From the IMG/VR virus record IMGVR_UViG_3300045988_116240: 64,000 nucleotides of DNA. One strand, written 5' to 3'. Below the pieces are notes generated by a model. That model searched no databases, was not told the DNA's origin, and saw only the letters and a program-made list of their open reading frames with translations. Made by a program: the position numbers and the translations under genes. Shown one piece after another: positions 61,912 through 64,000 of this stretch (position 1 is the stretch's first letter; each line of letters begins with the position of its first letter). The stretch is from a virus.

Positions 61912-63831
61912 TCATTTGTTTTTAATTGTCAATTCTTTATGTTCTGGTGATACTATCAGCGATACGACTTGCGTATCCGTGTCTATAAGTTCCGTGACGG
62001 ACTCCCGGTTATCAAGGAATACCGGGGCGTAAACGTCATAGATACGAGAGAATGCCAAGGCTATGTCCAATCCCGCGTTTACCTTGGTGGCGGTGTTCTG
62101 CACGCCGAAGGGAACGCCATTTATATAGCACTCGCAACATTCCTTCTCGCCGCCGTTTATTTGCGGCTCGTACATCTTCCACTTGACCATGCGGAATAAG
62201 GAGTTGATCCTTTCCTCCATCATGTCCATCTTCTTATGTATGAACCTGTCCGCTATCATTTCTGTTTTCTCGTACCGGGCCAAGGATACGGCCAGATCCT
62301 TTTGCCTCGTCTCCAGCTCATCCACACGGGCCTTGGCCTTGTCGGAGTGTATCTTTCCGGAAAGCTCACCCTTTATTTCCTCTATCTCTTTCCTGATCTT
62401 GGATATCTGGTCTTTCACGGGAGACAGGTCATTGGATGTCACCACCGATCCGGATAATAGGTCTATATCCTCTTTTTTCTGGTCTATATCCTTGATGACA
62501 TCCTTACGCTCCTCGTCTTCCGTATAGGCTGATACGAAGTGCTTGATGACTCTCCTGTCAAGAATATCAAGATTGGAGGATAGCTCCGTGCGTCTGGCAT
62601 TAAGGGCGGTTATCTTGTTCTCGTACTCCGATATAATTTGGTCATATGACCTTAGAAGGGCATCGTTTTCCTCTCCCTTCTTGTTTATATCCTCCAAAAG
62701 GTGGGCCTTGCGGTCATGCAGGAATTTCTCCGTGAACTCCTGTCCGCATGTCGGGCATATGCGATCATCGCCTTCCACCTTACCGGAAAGGATCGCCTCG
62801 TATTGCGCCCCCAATTTGCTCAATATGTCGGATACCCTTTCCTTGGCCTTGGCATTGTCCGTTATACCCTTTGCGAGTCGATTGATCTCGTCCTCTATGC
62901 CGGCGATCTCTCTCCTCGTCCTCTCTTTTTCGGATTCGAGATCGTTGGACTCCTTTTGATAGGAGGCCTTATATCGGTTCTCGATATCCATCTTTCTTCT
63001 TTCCAAGGAAGCGATCTCATTATATAGGGCTTGTATCTTGAAGTTGACATCCTTGTTCTCCTCTTGCACCCGTAGGTTCTCGTCCGCTATCCTCCTATCC
63101 AGTTTCTCGATCATGGTTTCCCGATCCTTGATTATGCCTTCCAAGGCGGTCCAGTCCTTATCGATAATGCCTTGTCTGGCCTCGTCTATCCGGGCGGGGA
63201 TCTCGTCCAGCTCTTTCTTGATCGGCTTCTTCTTGGCGGCGATCTCTTTCCTGTACTCATCCATCGTCTTGCCGGTGCAATAGGATAGGAGCCTCTTGAA
63301 ATCCTCGTTGTCCCCGATAATCTCTTCCTCGCTCGGCTCCCCGGCCGCTTGGATAAGAAGGTTCCTCTTGTCTTGCCATTTCAAGGTGTTGAAATAGGAG
63401 GAGGAAGTGATAAGCTTGAACCTGTCCTCGTCTAGGATGGAGTTTATCTTGGTCTTGAAGTTCGTGGCGTTACATGCCACTCCGTTGATGGAATACTCGG
63501 TGACGTTGCCGGAGAACTCGGCCTCTTCCGATCCTTTTTTCTTTGTCCACTTCTCCGAGTAGATACGCTCGAGCGTTAATTCTTGCCCGTCAAGATCGAA
63601 CATTCCTCGCACGGATACCTTTGAGTTTCTCATGTCTTGATCCCGGGGCTTGATCTCGTAGTCTTGCCGCCCTTGCGTGTCCTTGCCGAATAAAAGCCAA
63701 AGGAAAGCGTCGTTAACCCTAGTTTTTCCGATTCCGTTCATTCCCAATATAAGCGTGTTCGCCGAGAACGAAATGCTGATTGTTAATCCCCTGAAATTGA
63801 CAAGGGATAATTCTTTGATTGTAAGTCTCAT
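61912..63831 (-). CDS. Rad50/SbcC-like SMC-family ATPase
   Basis: Walker A GMNGIGKT, long coiled coils, central CPTCGQ (zinc-hook-like CxxC), C-terminal VFLDNRES (Walker B-like). Confidence 0.65.
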   Translation of the reverse strand: MRLTIKELSLVNFRGLTISISFSANTLILGMNGIGKTRVNDAFLWLLFGKDTQGRQDYEIKPRDQDMRNSKVSVRGMFDLDGQELTLERIYSEKWTKKKGSEEAEFSGNVTEYSINGVACNATNFKTKINSILDEDRFKLITSSSYFNTLKWQDKRNLLIQAAGEPSEEEIIGDNEDFKRLLSYCTGKTMDEYRKEIAAKKKPIKKELDEIPARIDEARQGIIDKDWTALEGIIKDRETMIEKLDRRIADENLRVQEENKDVNFKIQALYNEIASLERRKMDIENRYKASYQKESNDLESEKERTRREIAGIEDEINRLAKGITDNAKAKERVSDILSKLGAQYEAILSGKVEGDDRICPTCGQEFTEKFLHDRKAHLLEDINKKGEENDALLRSYDQIISEYENKITALNARRTELSSNLDILDRRVIKHFVSAYTEDEERKDVIKDIDQKKEDIDLLSGSVVTSNDLSPVKDQISKIRKEIEEIKGELSGKIHSDKAKARVDELETRQKDLAVSLARYEKTEMIADRFIHKKMDMMEERINSLFRMVKWKMYEPQINGGEKECCECYINGVPFGVQNTATKVNAGLDIALAFSRIYDVYAPVFLDNRESVTELIDTDTQVVSLIVSPEHKELTIKNK

Positions 63832-63860
63832 GAATCCTGTTTTTATTAGTTATGTGTTTT

Positions 63861-63928
63861 GTAGGCCTCCGGGAGTCGAACCCGGCTATTCCCATGTTAG
63901 GGACGCTCTGCCGATAAGCTAAGGCCTT
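63861..63928 (-). tRNA. aberrant tRNA-like element (68 nt, shortened anticodon arm)
   Basis: T-arm CCGGG-TTCGACT-CCCGG and D-arm GCTT..GAGC are normal; acceptor is 6 bp plus A-A. The anticodon arm folds only as TCCC-TAACAT-GGGA (4 bp with a 6-nt loop). Confidence 0.35.
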
Positions 63929-64000
63929 GAATTTATTCGATCTCAATAATCTCGAATTTTCCTTTCTTTATATATATCTTATGATTGTAGTAATCTTTGA

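Noticed and set aside
62183-63283. Several 80-138-aa plus-strand ORFs antisense to the Rad50-like gene
   Set aside because: They are shadow ORFs of a Lys/Glu-rich coiled-coil gene. Their translations are Ser/Leu/Phe/Arg-rich and low-complexity, and they have no independent start context.
1-64000. Stop-codon reassignment (as in some gut phages), prompted by the possible UCA-anticodon tRNA-like element
   Set aside because: All large genes, including the 4,754-codon ORF, terL, the portal gene and the fibre genes, are open under the standard code. I saw no pattern of in-frame TGA or TAG interrupting otherwise continuous genes.

Overview
The whole 64-kb window reads as densely packed, mosaic tailed-phage DNA with no obvious host housekeeping genes. 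It is most likely an integrase-carrying temperate phage or prophage of a Bacteroidota host. That host call is an inference from TAnnTTTG-type promoter boxes, the Bacteroides-style integrase N-terminus, and DUF4373/DUF4494-like genes. Layout: (i) 1-2140 holds a repeat-protein gene, small membrane genes and a tRNA/tRNA-like cluster. (ii) 2140-7300 is a lysogeny/regulatory module: Cro-like and CI-like HTH genes with ATGTACA operators, a tyrosine integrase and an XRE regulator. (iii) 7479-23288 is an operon ending in one 4,754-aa polyvalent ORF (PPase-like, N6-MTase, SF2 helicase and zincin motifs). (iv) 23300-25436 is an accessory island: a promoter/terminator-bounded nuclease plus membrane gene pair, then a 0.87-kb ORF-free, hairpin-dense tract. 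(v) 25437-31980 carries packaging and head genes (TerL, a rhomboid-like gene, scaffold, major capsid). (vi) 31996-39755 carries tail-fibre genes and a lysis cassette; I recognised no tube, sheath or tape-measure gene, which suggests a podovirus-like virion. (vii) 39942-49772 carries more virion genes, including the portal. (viii) 49863-63831 is a minus-strand early replication/recombination module: YopX, MazG-like, C5-MTase, two DUF4373 genes, HNH, NinG, NinB, MBL nuclease, RecT-like and Rad50-like. The most unusual observations are these. (1) The C5-methyltransferase gene contains a second 311-codon same-strand open frame, and that frame, not the annotated one, carries the TRD-like repeats and a motif-IX-like segment. 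(2) There is a giant polyvalent virion-protein candidate. (3) There is an ORF-free structured tract next to the terminase gene. (4) A class-II tRNA-like gene has about 118 nt inserted in its variable arm, and three other non-canonical tRNA-like elements are present. (5) A family of hairpins has an identical 15-nt loop with covarying stems. (6) A conserved promoter-like motif sits in front of three structural operons. Coordinates of hand-derived small features may be off by 1-2 nt. All family assignments come from motif recognition by eye, not from searches.
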